Shown here piece by piece: positions 1-13,814 of a stretch of DNA of 64,000 nt (positions are counted from its first letter, which is position 1; each line of letters opens with the position of its first letter). Location of the stretch: the NCBI GenBank assembly GCA_951406725.2, contig OX597829.1, forward strand, positions 55,304,001 through 55,368,000. Direction: 5' to 3'. The notes under the pieces are model-generated. The model saw only the letters and a program-made list of their open reading frames with translations. It made no database searches and was not told the origin of the DNA. Made by a program: the position numbers and the translations under genes. Source of the DNA: Octopus vulgaris (taxonomy: Eukaryota).

Positions 1-37
1 ACGTTAAAATAAGCTTTATTGGTAAAATTATCCACAC

Positions 38-642
38 AATTATAATTAGGGTTCAGCTAATTGCTTCACCACATACCGAATTTAGAAATAGGAGTTAAAA
101 TTCCTTTTCTGCTACTACAAGAATCTCCATGACGGTAATTATTAATTAATTAATTAATTAATTAATTAATTAATTAATTAATTAATTCAATTAATAAATT
201 TTACCCTTTTATTTTTAATTTAAAATTATAATTTACTCCATGATAGAATTCTGCAGTTTTCTGCAGTATTGCTCGTAGCATACACGTGGGCATGGAGTTT
301 GGATACTGTAATCATATTCGGCCCTGTAAATTTCGGAAGTATTGGTTGGATATCTGTTACATGATGTCGCTCGATTGTGTGCATATTCAGCCTTAGCACT
401 TTCAAATCTTATAATTGGTAATACTATACTGAAGAGAGAAGTAAGTAAAATTTAAATTACTTTAATCTCGAAACGCGTATATAGTTAATCCTATTTGTGT
501 TGATTCATTGTTTTTCCCTTTGCCTTCGTAAAAAAGTATGTTTACCGTCATGGAGATTCTTATAGTAGCAGAAAAGGAATTTTGACTCCTATTTCTAAAT
601 TCAGTATGTGGTGAAGCAATTAGCTGAACCCTAATTATAATT
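38..642 (+). mobile_element. Non-autonomous Penelope-like element with ~100-bp inverted arms and an internal hammerhead
   Basis: 38-138 (aattataattagggttcagctaattgc...ccatgacggtaa) is the reverse complement of 542-642; hammerhead core at 423-485; ends in (TA)n. May be truncated by the window start. Confidence 0.65.
423..485 (+). ncRNA. Minimal type I hammerhead ribozyme, intact core
   Basis: Helix I ACTATA(423-428)/TATAGT(480-485); core CTGAAGA 429-435; helix II GAGA-AGTAA...TTACT-TCTC; GAAAC 470-474; palindromic helix III ACGCGT; GUA cleavage triplet ending at 479. Confidence 0.8.
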
Positions 643-676
643 ATATATATATGTATATATAAATGTACATATATGA

Positions 677-774
<98 letters not shown>

Positions 775-812
775 ACATACATACATACATACATACATAC
801 ATACATACATAC
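641..812. repeat. Compound microsatellite (TA)n-(TATC)n-(TACA)n
   Basis: Direct inspection. Confidence 0.95.
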
Positions 813-814
813 CT

Positions 815-1070
815 ACAATAATTTTTTACATAATGAGATAAAAAAACCCAGGCTGTGTAGATTTTAGAACATTTATAGATAGAAGGTCTTACAGATGTTT
901 CTATGATATTTATTAATTATATCCCTTCATCGGAGACGGTGTGAGAGGATGGTTAAGTCATAGTTGGTTTAGATATGATACAAAATAGAGAGTGAGGTGG
1001 AGGAAAGAAAATAGATGTGAGATATGTGTGGGTATTGAATTTGTAGATCCATTTTTTTTAGGCAGAATGG
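815..1070 (-). mobile_element. Penelope-like repeat copy with a degenerate hammerhead; same family as 13120-13372
   Basis: Reverse complement aligns with 13120-13372; minus-strand GTCT-CCGATGA...GAAAC-ATCT-GTA-AGAC at 886-937. Confidence 0.65.
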
Positions 1071-1144
1071 TATATATGAGAAAAATCCAACAGTTTTTTA
1101 AATTGTTCATTCCATTCTTGGAATGAACAATTTTAAGCAGTTGG

Positions 1145-1272
1145 ATCATCATCATCATCATCACCACCACCACCACCACCACCACCACCACCACCATCAC
1201 CACCATTGTCATCATCATCGTCATCATCATCATCATAATCATCATAATCATCACCACCACCACCACCATCAC

Positions 1273-1317
<45 letters not shown>

Positions 1318-1330
1318 TATTATTATTAAT
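1145..1330. repeat. (CAT)/(CAC) trinucleotide microsatellite
   Basis: Direct inspection; source of the poly-His and poly-Met ORFs. Confidence 0.95.
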
Positions 1331-1362
1331 AGTTATATATTATTATTAATAGTTATATATTA

Positions 1363-1945
1363 TCGCCTGATCGTCGCGCCTTGCCCCAGTTTACACTTGA
1401 CCAAACCGGAGCGCATGCTCTTCCGCTTTCTGTGAAAGGGATGCATTCCACTGGTCAGCCGCTTCATTCGCTGTCAACACCCGTTGGGCGTGCCGTGGCT
1501 GTTGATGCACCTATAGGTGCTGTGGCTGCGACATCTCCAGTGAGCAGGTGTTGTTGCCGTTTACCTGACACGATTTCCCACAGCTCGTCTCTTTGCCTGA
1601 GCTGCAGTCCTGGTTCAAGCGTACACTGAGGCAAGGCGTCAGGTAACTAGAATGTCGTTAAGTGCTCTCAGCCTTCTCTCAGTCGAGCAATGCGGTCAGT
1701 GGAAGTTCCACTCGTGCTTTCCATAGAGGGCTAGTAGCGGGAAAATGACGTTTTTGGGGTAACTCAGGGTGTCGATTAGAATGAATTGGCTGGTCTGTTC
1801 CGGACCGAAGCCTATGGATGACTTCCAGAAATCCCTGGTCTGGCAGTGCAACCGGGGGGGGGGGGGCATTGCCGGTTTGGGATAAACTCTACAGGCATAG
1901 AAGTGCTGTCAGATGGGTTTGCACGACGTTTATATGAATCCTCGT
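1363..1945 (+). mobile_element. Decayed Tx1/L1-type LINE ORF2 3' fragment
   Basis: Frame-broken translation includes LPVWDKLYRHRSAV, homologous to PVRGKLYRYGCAV at ~15395, just upstream of the C-terminal zinc-knuckle region. Confidence 0.65.
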
Positions 1946-1984
1946 TGCTTAACAATGAAAAGATTATTATTACTATTATTGTCT

Positions 1985-2089
1985 TCACATTCTGATTTGA
2001 AATACCGCCGAGGTCGACTTTATCTTTCATCCCTTCGGGGTCGGTAAAGTAACTTCCGGTTGAGCACTGGGGTCGTTATAATTGTAGAA

Positions 2090-2125
<36 letters not shown>

Positions 2126-2792
2126 AGGCGACGAGCTAGAAGAATCGTCAGCACGCTGAACGAGATGTTTGGCGGTATTTCGCCCGTCTCTACGTTCTGA
2201 GTTCAAATTCCGCCGAAGTCGACTTTGCCTTTCATCCTTTCGGGGTCGATAAGTTAATTACCAGTGAAACACTGGGGTCGATGTAATCGGCTGGACCCCT
2301 CCCTCCCTCCCACCCAAAAGTTCAGGCCTTGTGCCTTTAGTTGTAAGGATTATTATTATTATTATTACTCTTATCATTCATAGGGCGGTTAACTGGCAGA
2401 ATTTCTACCGCGCTGGACAAAAACGCCTAGCAACATCTCGTTCTGAGCTCAAGTTCCACGGAGGTCAAAATTTGCCTTTTATCCTTTCGAGGTCGATGAA
2501 ATAAGTACCAGTTGAGTACGGGGCTCAATGTAGTCGACTGTGCGACTCCCCTAAAATTGCTGGCCTTGTGCAAAAATTTGAAACTAATGATAATTTTGCA
2601 TTTTAATTAATTTATTTACTCGCCACCCACAGAATCATCAATAATATTGCTTTCAAATTTTGACTCAAAACCAGAAATTTCATGGGAGAGGGTAAGTCAT
2701 TGACGTCGACCTCAGTAGTCAACTGGTACTTATTTTATTGACCCCCAATGGATGGAAGGCAGCATCAACATCGGCAGAATTTGAACTCAGAA
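1985..2792. mobile_element. Cluster of four family-A SINE copies (about 1985-2080 +, 2125-2348 +, 2382-2585 +, 2648-2792 -)
   Basis: Shared ttctgagttcaaattccgccgaggtcgactttgcctttcatcctttcggggtcgat core; copies separated by (ATT)n tracts. Confidence 0.85.
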
Positions 2793-3082
2793 CAGAGTCA
2801 TCAATAATGTATCAATAATAAAAGTACAATCATAATAGTACTTTTCCTTTGAAGTATGACCCTTTCTTAATGAGAAGCGTATGGTATTTATTTAATACAG
2901 ATTAATTACGTCTAAGGATAAATATGTGTGTATATATAATAGTGCATAAATGTAAGTACACGTGAAAGGAGATATGTATGTATAATTAGGGACATATGAA
3001 TATACGTGTAAGTGAAACTATGCTTGCAGATTTTATTACTAAGCCTAGCTGTAAAAACTTTTATTATATATAAATATATATA

Positions 3083-3088
<6 letters not shown>

Positions 3089-3118
<30 letters not shown>

Positions 3119-3180
3119 TGTATGTATGTATGTATGTATGTATGTATGTATGTATGTATGTATGTATGTATGTATGTATG

Positions 3181-3212
<32 letters not shown>

Positions 3213-5461
3213 TGTATGTATGTATGTATGTATGTATGTATGTGTATGTATGTATGTATGTATGTATGTATGTATGTATGTATTTATGTATGTATTTATG
3301 TATGTGTGTGTGTATGTGTGTATGTATGTATGTATGTATGTATTTATGTATGTGTGTGTGTATGTGTGTATGTATGTATGTATGTGTGTGTGTATGTATG
3401 TATGTATGTGTATATGTATGTATGTATGTGTGTGTGTATGTATGTATGTATGTATGTGTGTGTATGTATGTATGTATGTATGTATGTATGTGTGCATGTA
3501 TGTGTGTATGTATGTATGTGTGTATGTATGTGTGTGTGTGTGTATGTATGTGTATATGTCTGTGTGTATGTATGTGTGTATGTGTGTATGTATGTATGTA
3601 TGTGTGTGTGTGTGTATGTATGTGTGTATGTCTGTGTGTATGTATGTGTGTATGTATGTATGTATGTATGTATGTGTGTGTGCATGTATGTGTGTATGTA
3701 TGTATGTGTGTATGTATGTGTGTATGTATGTGTGTGTATGTATGTATGTATGTATGTATGTATGTGTGTATGTATGTATGTATGTGTGTATGTATGTATG
3801 TATGTATGTATGTGTATATGTATGTATATATGTATGTATGTGTGTGTGTGTGTATGTGTGTATGTGTGTATGTATGTATTATGTATGTATGTATGTGTGT
3901 ATGTATGTATGTATGTATGTGTGTGTGTGTGTATGTGTGTATGTGTGTATGTATGTATGTATGTATGTGTGTATGTATGTGTGTATGTGTGTATGTATGT
4001 GTGTATGTATGTGTGTATGTATGTGTGTATGTGTGTATGTATGTGTGTATGTATGTGTGTATGTATGTGTGTATGTATGTATGTATGTATGTATGTATGT
4101 ATGTATGTATGTATACATGTATGTGTGTATGTGTGTGTGTATGTGAGTGTGTCAATACATGTACATATGTGTGTGTGCGTGCGTGGGTGTGTGTGTGTAT
4201 GTATGTGTGTATGTGTGTATGTATGTGTGTATGTATGTGTGTATGTATGTGTGTATGTGTGTATGTATGTGTGTATGTATGTGTGTATGTATGTGTGTAT
4301 GTATGTATGTGTGTATGTATGTGTGTATGTATGTGTGTATGTATTATGTATGTATGTATGTGTGTATGTATGTGTGTATGTATGTGTGTATGTATGTGTG
4401 TGTGTATGTATGTGTGTATGTATGTGTGTATGTATGTATGTGTGTATGTATGTGTGTATGTATGTGTGTATGTATTATGTATGTATGTATGTGTGTATGT
4501 ATGTGTGTATGTATGTGTGTATGTATGTATGTGTGTATGTATGTGTGTATGTATGTGTGTATGTATTATGTATGTATGTATGTGTGTATGTATGTGTGTA
4601 TGTATGTGTGTATGTATGTATGTGTGTATGTATGTGTGTATGTATGTGTGTATGTATGTATGTGTGTATGTATGTGTGTATGTATGTGTGTATGTATTAT
4701 GTATGTATGTATGTGTGTATGTATGTGTGTATGTATGTGTGTATGTATGTGTGTGTGTATGTATGTGTGTATGTATGTGTGTATGTATGTATGTGTGTAT
4801 GTATGTGTGTATGTATGTGTGTATGTATGTATGTATGTATGTATGTGTGTATGTATGTGTGTATGTATGTGTGTATGTATGTATGTGTGTATGTATGTGT
4901 GTATGTATGTGTGTATGTATTATGTATGTATGTATGTGTGTATGTATGTATGTGTGTATGTATGTGTGTATGTATTATGTATGTATGTATGTGTGTATGT
5001 GTGTATGTATGTATGTATGTATGTATGTATGTATGTATGTATGTATGTATGTGTGTATGTATGTGTGTATGTGTGTGTGTGTATGTATGTATGTATGTAT
5101 GTATGTATGTGTGTGTGTGTGTGTATGTGTATGTATGTATGTATGTATGTATGTATGTGTGTATGTATGTATGTGTGTATGTATGTGTGTATGTGTGTAT
5201 GTATGTGTGTATGTATGTATGTATGTATGTATGTGTGTATGTATGTGTGTATGTGTGTGTGTGTGTATGTGTGTATGTATGTATGTATGTATGTATGTAT
5301 GTATGTATGTGTGTATGTATGTGTGTGTGTGTATGTATGTATGTATGTATGTAAGTGTATGTATGTATGTATGTATGTATGTATGTGTGTATGTATGTGT
5401 GTATGTGTGTGTGTGTGTATGTGTGTATGTATGTATGTATGTATGTATGTATGTATGTATG

Positions 5462-5492
<31 letters not shown>

Positions 5493-6303
5493 GTATGTAT
5501 GTATGTATGTATGTATGTGTGTATGTATGTGTGTATGTGTGTATGTGTGTATGTATGTATGTATGTAATGTATGTATGTATGTATGTATGTAAGTATGTA
5601 TGTATGTATGTAAGTATGTATGTATGTATGTATGTATGTGTGTATGTATGTGTGTGTATGTATGTATGTATGTATGTATGTATGTATGTATGTATGTATG
5701 TGTGTATGTAAGTATGTATGTATGTATGTATGTATGTAAGTATGTATGTATGTATGTATGTATGTATGTGTGTATGTATGTGTGTATGTGTGTGTGTGTG
5801 TGTATGTGTGTATGTATGTATGTATGTATGTATGTATGTATGTATGTATGTGTGTATGTATGTATGTATGTATGTATGTATGTATGTATGTATGTATGTA
5901 TGTATGTATGTATGTATGTATGTATGTATGTATGTATGTATGTATGTATGTGCGTATGTATGTATGTATGTGTGTATGTATGTATGTAAGTATGTATGTA
6001 TGTATGTATGTATGTATGTATGTGTGTGTATGTATGTATGTATGTATGTATGTATGTATGTATGTATGTATGTATGTATGTATGTATGTATGTATGTATG
6101 TATGTATGTATGTATGTATGTATGTATGTATGTATGTATGTATGTATGTATGTATGTATGTATGTATGTATGTATGTGTGTATGTATGTATGTATGTGTG
6201 TATGTATGTATGTAAGTATGTATGTATGTATGTATGTATGTATGTATGTGTATGTATGTATGTATGTATGTATGTATGTATGTATGTATGTATGTATGTA
6301 TGC

Positions 6304-6336
<33 letters not shown>

Positions 6337-6806
6337 TGTATGTATGTATGTATGTATGTATGTATGTATGTATGTATGTATGTATGTATGTATGTATGTA
6401 TGTATGGATGTATGTATGTATGTATGTATGTATGTATGTATGTATGTATGTATGTATGTATGTATGTATGTATGTATGTATGTATGTATGTATGTATGTA
6501 TGTATGTATGTATGTATGTATGTATGTATGTATGTATGTATGTATGTATGTATGTATGTATGTATGTATGTATGTATGTATGTATGTATGTATGTATGTA
6601 TGTATGTATGTATGTATGTATGTATGTATGTATGTATGTATGTATGTATGTATGTATGTATGTATGTATGTATGTATGTATGTATGTATGTATGTATGTA
6701 TGTATGTATGTATGTATGTATGTATGTATGTATGTATGTATGTATGTATGTATGTATGTATGTATGTATGTATGTATGTATGTATGTATGTATGTATGTA
6801 TGTATG

Positions 6807-6837
<31 letters not shown>

Positions 6838-7477
6838 GTATGTATGTGTATGTATGTATGTATGTATGTATGTATGTATGTATGTATGTATGTATGTATG
6901 TATGTATGTATGTATGTATGTATGTATGTATGTATGTATGTATGTATGTATGTATGTATGTATGTATGTATGTATGTATGTATGTATGTGTGTATGTATG
7001 TATGTATGTGTGTATGTATGTATGTATGTATGTATGTATGTATGTATGTATGTATGTATGTATGTATGTATGTATGTATGTATGTATGTATGTATGTATG
7101 TATGTATGTATGTATGTATGTATGTATGTATGTATGTATGTATGTATGTATGTATGTATGTATGTATGTATGTATGTATGTATGTATGTATGTATGTATG
7201 TATGTATGTATGTATGTATGTATGTATGTATGTATGTATGTATGTATGTATGTATGTATGTATGTATGTATGTATGTATGTATGTATGTATGTATGTATG
7301 TATGTATGTATGTATGTATGTATGTATGTATGTATGTATGTATGTATGTATGTATGTATGTATGTGTGTATGTATGTATGTATGTATGTATGTATGTATG
7401 TATGTATGTATGTATGTATGTGTGTATGTATGTATGTATGTATGTATGTATGTATGTATGTATGTATGTATGTATGC

Positions 7478-7523
<46 letters not shown>

Positions 7524-7840
7524 GTATGTATGTATGTATGTATGTATGTATGTATGTATGTATGTATGTATGTATGTATGTATGTATTTATGTATGTATG
7601 TATGTATGTATGTATGTATGTATGTATGTATGTATGTATGTATGTATGTATGTATGTATGTATGTATGTATGTATGTATGTATGTATGTATGTATGTATG
7701 TATGTATGTATGTATGTATGTATGTATGTATGTATGTATGTATGTATGTATGTATGTATGTATGTATGTATGTATGTATGTATGTATGTATGTATGTATG
7801 TATGTATGTATGTATGTATGTATGTATGTATGTATGTATG

Positions 7841-7871
<31 letters not shown>

Positions 7872-8047
7872 GTATGTATGTATGTATGTATGTATGTATG
7901 TATGTATGTATGTATGTATGTATGTATGTATGTATGTATGTATGTGTGTATGTATGTATGTAAGTATGTATGTATGTATGTATGTATGTATGTATGTGTA
8001 TGTATGTATGTATGTATGTATGTATGTATGTATGTATGTATGTATGC

Positions 8048-8097
<50 letters not shown>

Positions 8098-8151
8098 GTA
8101 TGTATGTATGTATGTATGTATGTATGTATGTATGTATGTATGTATGTATGC

Positions 8152-8205
<54 letters not shown>

Positions 8206-9365
8206 TGTATGTATGTATGTATGTATGTATGTATGTATGTATGTATGTATGTATGTATGTATGTATGTATGTATGTATGTATGTATGTATGTATGTATGT
8301 ATGTATGTATGTATGTATGTATGTATGTATGTATGTATGTATGTATGTATGTATGTATGTATGTATGTATGTATGTATGTATGTATGTATGTATGTATGT
8401 ATGTATGTATGTATGTATGTATGTATGTATGTATGTATGTATGTATGTATGTGTGTATGTATGTATGTATGTATGTATGTATGTATGTATGTATGTATGT
8501 ATGTATGTATGTATGTATGTATGTATGTATGTATGTATGTATGTATGTATGTATGTATGTATGTATGTATGTATGTATGTATGTATGTATGTATGTATGT
8601 ATGTATGTATGTATGTATGTATGTATGTATGTATGTATGTATGTATGTATGTATGTATGTATGTATGTATGTATGTATGTATGTATGTATGTATGTATGT
8701 ATGTATGTATGTATGTATGTATGTATGTATGTATGTATGTATGTATGTATGTATGTATGTATGTATGTATGTATGTATGTATGTATGTATGTATGTATGT
8801 ATGTATGTATGTATGTATGTATGTATGTATGTATGTATGTATGTATGTATGTATGTATGTATGTATGTATGTATGTATGTATGTATGTATGTATGTATGT
8901 ATGTATGTATGTATGTATGTATGTATGTATGTATGTATGTATGTATGTATGTATGTATGTATGTATGTATGTATGTATGTATGTATGTATGTATGTATGT
9001 ATGTATGTATGTATGTATGTATGTATGTATGTATGTATGTATGTATGTATGTATGTATGTATGTATGTATGTATGTATGTATGTATGTATGTATGTATGT
9101 ATGTATGTATGTATGTATGTATGTATGTATGTATGTATGTATGTATGTATGTATGTATGTATGTGTGTATGTATGTATGTATGTATGTATGTATGTATGT
9201 ATGTATGTATGTATGTATGTATGTATGTATGTATGTATGTATGTATGTATGTATGTATGTATGTATGTATGTATGTATGTATGTATGTGTATGTATGTAT
9301 GTATGTATGTGTGTATGTATGTATGTATGTATGTATGTATGTATGTATGTATGTATGTATGTATG

Positions 9366-9397
<32 letters not shown>

Positions 9398-9606
9398 TGT
9401 ATGTATGTATGTATGTGTGTATGTATGTATGTATGTGTGTATGTATGTATGTAAGTATGTATGTATGTATGTATGTATGTATGTATGTATGTGTATGTAT
9501 GTATGTATGTATGTATGTATGTATGTATGTATGTATGTATGTATGTATGTATGTATGTATGTATGTATGTATGTATGTATGTATGTATGTATGTATGTAT
9601 GTATGC

Positions 9607-9639
<33 letters not shown>

Positions 9640-9726
9640 TGTATGTATGTATGTATGTATGTATGTATGTATGTATGTATGTATGTATGTATGTATGTAT
9701 GTATGTATGTATGTATGTATGTATGC

Positions 9727-9757
<31 letters not shown>

Positions 9758-9792
9758 TGTATGTATGTATGTATGTATGTATGTATGTATGC

Positions 9793-9823
<31 letters not shown>

Positions 9824-10177
9824 TGTATGTATGTATGTATGTATGTATGTATGTATGTATGTATGTATGTATGTATGTATGTATGTATGTATGTATGTAT
9901 GTATGTATGTATGTATGTATGTATGTATGTATGTATGTATGTATGTATGTATGTATGTATGTATGTATGTATGTATGTATGTATGTATGTATGTATGTAT
10001 GTATGTATGTATGTATGTATGTGTGTATGTATGTGTGTATGTATGTAAATATGTATGTATGTATGTATGTATGTACGTATGAATGTATGTATGTATGTAT
10101 GTATGTATGTATGTATGTATGTATGCATGCATGTATGTATGTATGTATGTATGTATGTATGTGTGTATGTATGTATG

Positions 10178-10208
<31 letters not shown>

Positions 10209-10221
10209 GTATGTATGTAAG

Positions 10222-10255
<34 letters not shown>

Positions 10256-10440
10256 TGTATGTATGTATGTATGTGTGTATGTATGTGTGTATGTATGTAT
10301 GCATGTTTGTATGTATGTATGTATGTTTATATGTATGTATGTGTGTATGTATGTGTATATGTATGTATGTATGTATGTATGTTTATATGTATGTATGTGT
10401 GTATGTATGTATGTATGTATGTACGTATGTATGTGTGTAT
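3089..10440. repeat. ~7.3-kb (TATG)n satellite array with a TG-rich degenerate left part
   Basis: Direct inspection; explains all MYVC and HTYI ORFs. Confidence 0.98.
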
Positions 10441-10473
10441 ACTTGTGCGCGCACACATACAAACTCACATGTG

Positions 10474-10633
10474 TTTTATCTTTTGCTTGTTTTAGTTATT
10501 AAACTGTGACCATGCTGGGACACCAAATTGAAGGGTGTCTTTTAGCCGTACCGCTAAGTTACGGGGACGTAAGCAAAACCAATACCGGTTGCCGAACGAT
10601 AACGGGGCATATACAAACACACACACACACGCA

Positions 10634-10689
<56 letters not shown>

Positions 10690-10835
10690 AGACGGGCTCT
10701 TTTCAGCTTCCGTGAACCAAATCTACTCATAAAGCACATAGTAAAAGACACTTGCCCAAGGTGCCATACAGTGGTACTGAACCAAGAACCCTGCTGCTGG
10801 GAAGCAAACTTCTTACCACACAGCCACGCATGCGC
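10474..10835 (-). mobile_element. Family-B tRNA-derived CORE-type SINE (octopus OR-like) with internal (CA)n
   Basis: Minus strand has an A-box-like GTGGCTGTGTGGT, a B-box-like GGTTCAGTACC and a CORE-like CCTTGGGCAAGTGTCTT; many homologues in the window. Confidence 0.8.
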
Positions 10836-11647
10836 TAAATATTTTTCTCTTATTTTTGAGTATGCATGTGTGTGTCTGTATGTCTGTATGTGCATATGTA
10901 TGTATGTTTACATATGTGTAAATATATGTGTATACACACACAATTTCTTGAATTAAGAAATCATAAAATTACATAATTTTGTGAAAAAGCGCTCACATAT
11001 GTTTAATTACTTTTAAGAGCCATTAGGTTGATATAAATTCGTAATTAAACTGAAAATTGTGGGCGACTTTCAGTTTGCAATAATTCTGAAACTATTTCAT
11101 GGAACATCGTCAGCAGACACATAAACCAATTTTCTCTCATTTGAAACCCAGTAACACGTTTTTAGAAATAACTTGATTTCTATTCTTTAATTACGAAATT
11201 TTAAGCTTTTACGCGAAATTAATTGCCTGTGATAATACTGGAAATATTAAAAACAATAGATGATTTTAGATGAAATCAGCAAATATTCTAGTAAAATCTC
11301 TCTTTGAGAAAAACAGACATATGAATAGAGGCACTAAACATTTTTTTCCGAATGGGTGTTTTTCCCTTTTACTTTTTACTTTTTTAGAGACATGCAAAAC
11401 CATTTGAAGATAGGAATATATAAAGATCAATATATTAACAAAGCAGATTCGTCCATCGAGAAATCTGCTAACTTTGTGAAAGTGGCACGCAGATGTTTCA
11501 ATGTCTCAATGAAAATGGTTAATACGGAGAGTATGCCGTGTGCGAGTTAAAGATAGAAATAAAGAGATTGAGAAAGAAAGCGACCTTAACAGATAGAATA
11601 GGAGAAAGGGAAAATGAATGAGAACGATAGAAAGAGATTGAATGAGT

Positions 11648-11699
<52 letters not shown>

Positions 11700-13025
11700 A
11701 TGTAAGGATAGTTGAGGGATCGTCTGTGAAGCTTTCAAGCCAACAGCTTCAGTCTAGTTTATTGTCGTGTAATGATGCTCAAAGCTATACAAATGTTGGT
11801 TCATCGTCCAAATGTCTCTGTGGTTCTTCTTCCACCACTATCATTTGTTTGTGCTCCCCTAAATTTTCTAGAATATTTCTTCAAAGCTATTCTATGTATC
11901 CATCCCACTTCTATATTTTTCAATATTTCTCAATATTGTTTTTTTTTTTTTTGCCTCATCGCGATGTGTTTAACTTTCTTCTCTCTAATCTAATCCACTG
12001 TAATCTACTTCCAAGGAAAAACTGTTTTAAACTGTACCAATTGCAAGTCCGTTACTTCCAACTTCCAGAAAAACTGACGTAAACAGTCACAAATGACTAC
12101 TCTCTGCAATCTCTTGGAATCCTCTTCATTTTTAAAGACTAGCTTTCCGTTCACTCACATACGTTGCTCTCCAAAGCACCACATACAATGATCTCGTACT
12201 CTCGAGAGTGTGAGGTGGGGCATATGTTTTACAACGAGGATTCAACTATTGTTCATGCATCTGCTATAGAAAAGCTGCTTCTCAGACAGACTTCTTATAC
12301 TACACTTAAAAAAGTGGCCGTATGACTGATTGGCAAACTCACCTCACATTCTCTAACGAGTTCTCATGGCAACATTCGTCTATAACATATCGAAAGTGTG
12401 CCCTAAAAGGGTTTTGTTCAGGGTTTTGAACATTTTGCTACCTCCCAGTAAGAGAAAAGTGAGATTACCGTCAGATTATTTCTCATATATCTTGTTACAG
12501 AGCAGTCACTTCGCACTTTAACTTTATAAAGTACATTATGGGAAAGAAAAAAAAATTAGTTCATAAGGTTATTAAAGTTTCACTCACAAAAATGCCAACG
12601 CTAGGCTTTCATTTATACTCACGGGTTGCAGGGTCCCTTTTCCTGCTGTAGTAAATAGTTCCCCCCTGTCCCTCTTCGGCCCTAGCCTTATCAATGTATC
12701 TGTCTCTCTTCCAGTTATCCTGAGATCCTAAACTGCTGGGAATTCCGTCTATATTTGTTTTGTTTTTTTCCCCAAATACGAAACTCCGTGGAAGTTTAGG
12801 CTAATCTTCAACTGCGTTGACCTCCCTACTTCAGGGTGGGATTTGCAAATATGATTCTTTACAGTTTCTTCCCATGGGATTACTTTTCTGACATGTGTTC
12901 CCGTTAGTCACTAAATTTTTAAAAACTTAAGCCAAACATTAAATCTAAGACGGCTATCTATCCAGAAATAATTGCTTTTTATGTTTTGAATTGATTTAAA
13001 ATTGAAGAAAGGATTATTATTTATT

Positions 13026-13080
<55 letters not shown>

Positions 13081-13119
13081 ATATATATATGTGTGTATAT
13101 ATATATATATATATACATA

Positions 13120-13370
13120 TACCATTATGCCTATAAAATGGATCTACAAATTCAATATCCCTACATATCTCACATCTGTTTTCTTTCCTCCACCTCACTC
13201 TCTATTTTGCATCACATCTAAACCAACTATGACTTAACCATCCTCTCACACCGTCTCCGATGAAGGAATATTATTAATAAATATCCTAGAAACAGCTGTA
13301 AGACCTTCTATCTCTAAATGCTCTAATATCTATACATCCTTGGTTTTTTTATCTTATTACGCAAAAAATT

Positions 13371-13372
<2 letters not shown>
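13120..13372 (+). mobile_element. Penelope-like repeat inserted in (TA)n, with a hammerhead motif
   Basis: Homologous to 815-1070 in inverted orientation; (TA)n on both sides. Confidence 0.65.
13253..13304 (+). ncRNA. Minimal hammerhead ribozyme variant (CCGAUGA core)
   Basis: Helix I GTCT/AGAC; CCGATGA 13257-13263; helix II AGGAATATT...AATATCCT; GAAAC 13289-13293; palindrome ACAGCTGT; GUA triplet ending at 13300. Confidence 0.65.
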
Positions 13373-13421
<49 letters not shown>

Positions 13422-13449
13422 TGCTTTTTGATATAGACTACAGGTGACC

Positions 13450-13570
13450 AAAATGCCTAGCGGCATTTCGTCCGAATTTACGTTCTGAGTTCAAATTCTA
13501 CAGAGTTTGACTTTAACTTTCATCCTTTCGGGGTCGATAAAATATGTACCAATTGAGTACTGCGGTCAAT
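13450..13570 (+). mobile_element. Partial family-A SINE
   Basis: ttctgagttcaaattc...tttcatcctttcggggtcgataaa core. Confidence 0.8.
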
Positions 13571-13599
13571 ATTATTAGTTATTTTCTTCCCCCATCCAT

Positions 13600-13782
13600 G
13601 ATTTCAGGCCAAAAGAGAACATTGGCGCAGGATTCACTACAGTAAACGACATCACTGCCATGCTAGCAAAAACAAAAACTGATGTGAATACATTTTCGCT
13701 TCTGAACAGCGTCAAAACAGTAAAGAAGCAATCAAGCAATAAAACATTCGGTGACGACGACGACAACAACAACAACAACAAC

Positions 13783-13814
<32 letters not shown>

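Noticed and set aside
3012-10509. Very long ORFs (up to 1923 aa) of MYVC/HTYI repeats, also at 26169-27134 and 41772-43440
   Set aside because: (TATG)n has no stop codon in any frame; these are translation artefacts on both strands.
815-13372. Inverted repeat pair bracketing the giant array as the ends of one 12.5-kb transposon
   Set aside because: The copies are diverged, each sits in its own microsatellite and no shared TSD was seen; independent insertions are more likely.
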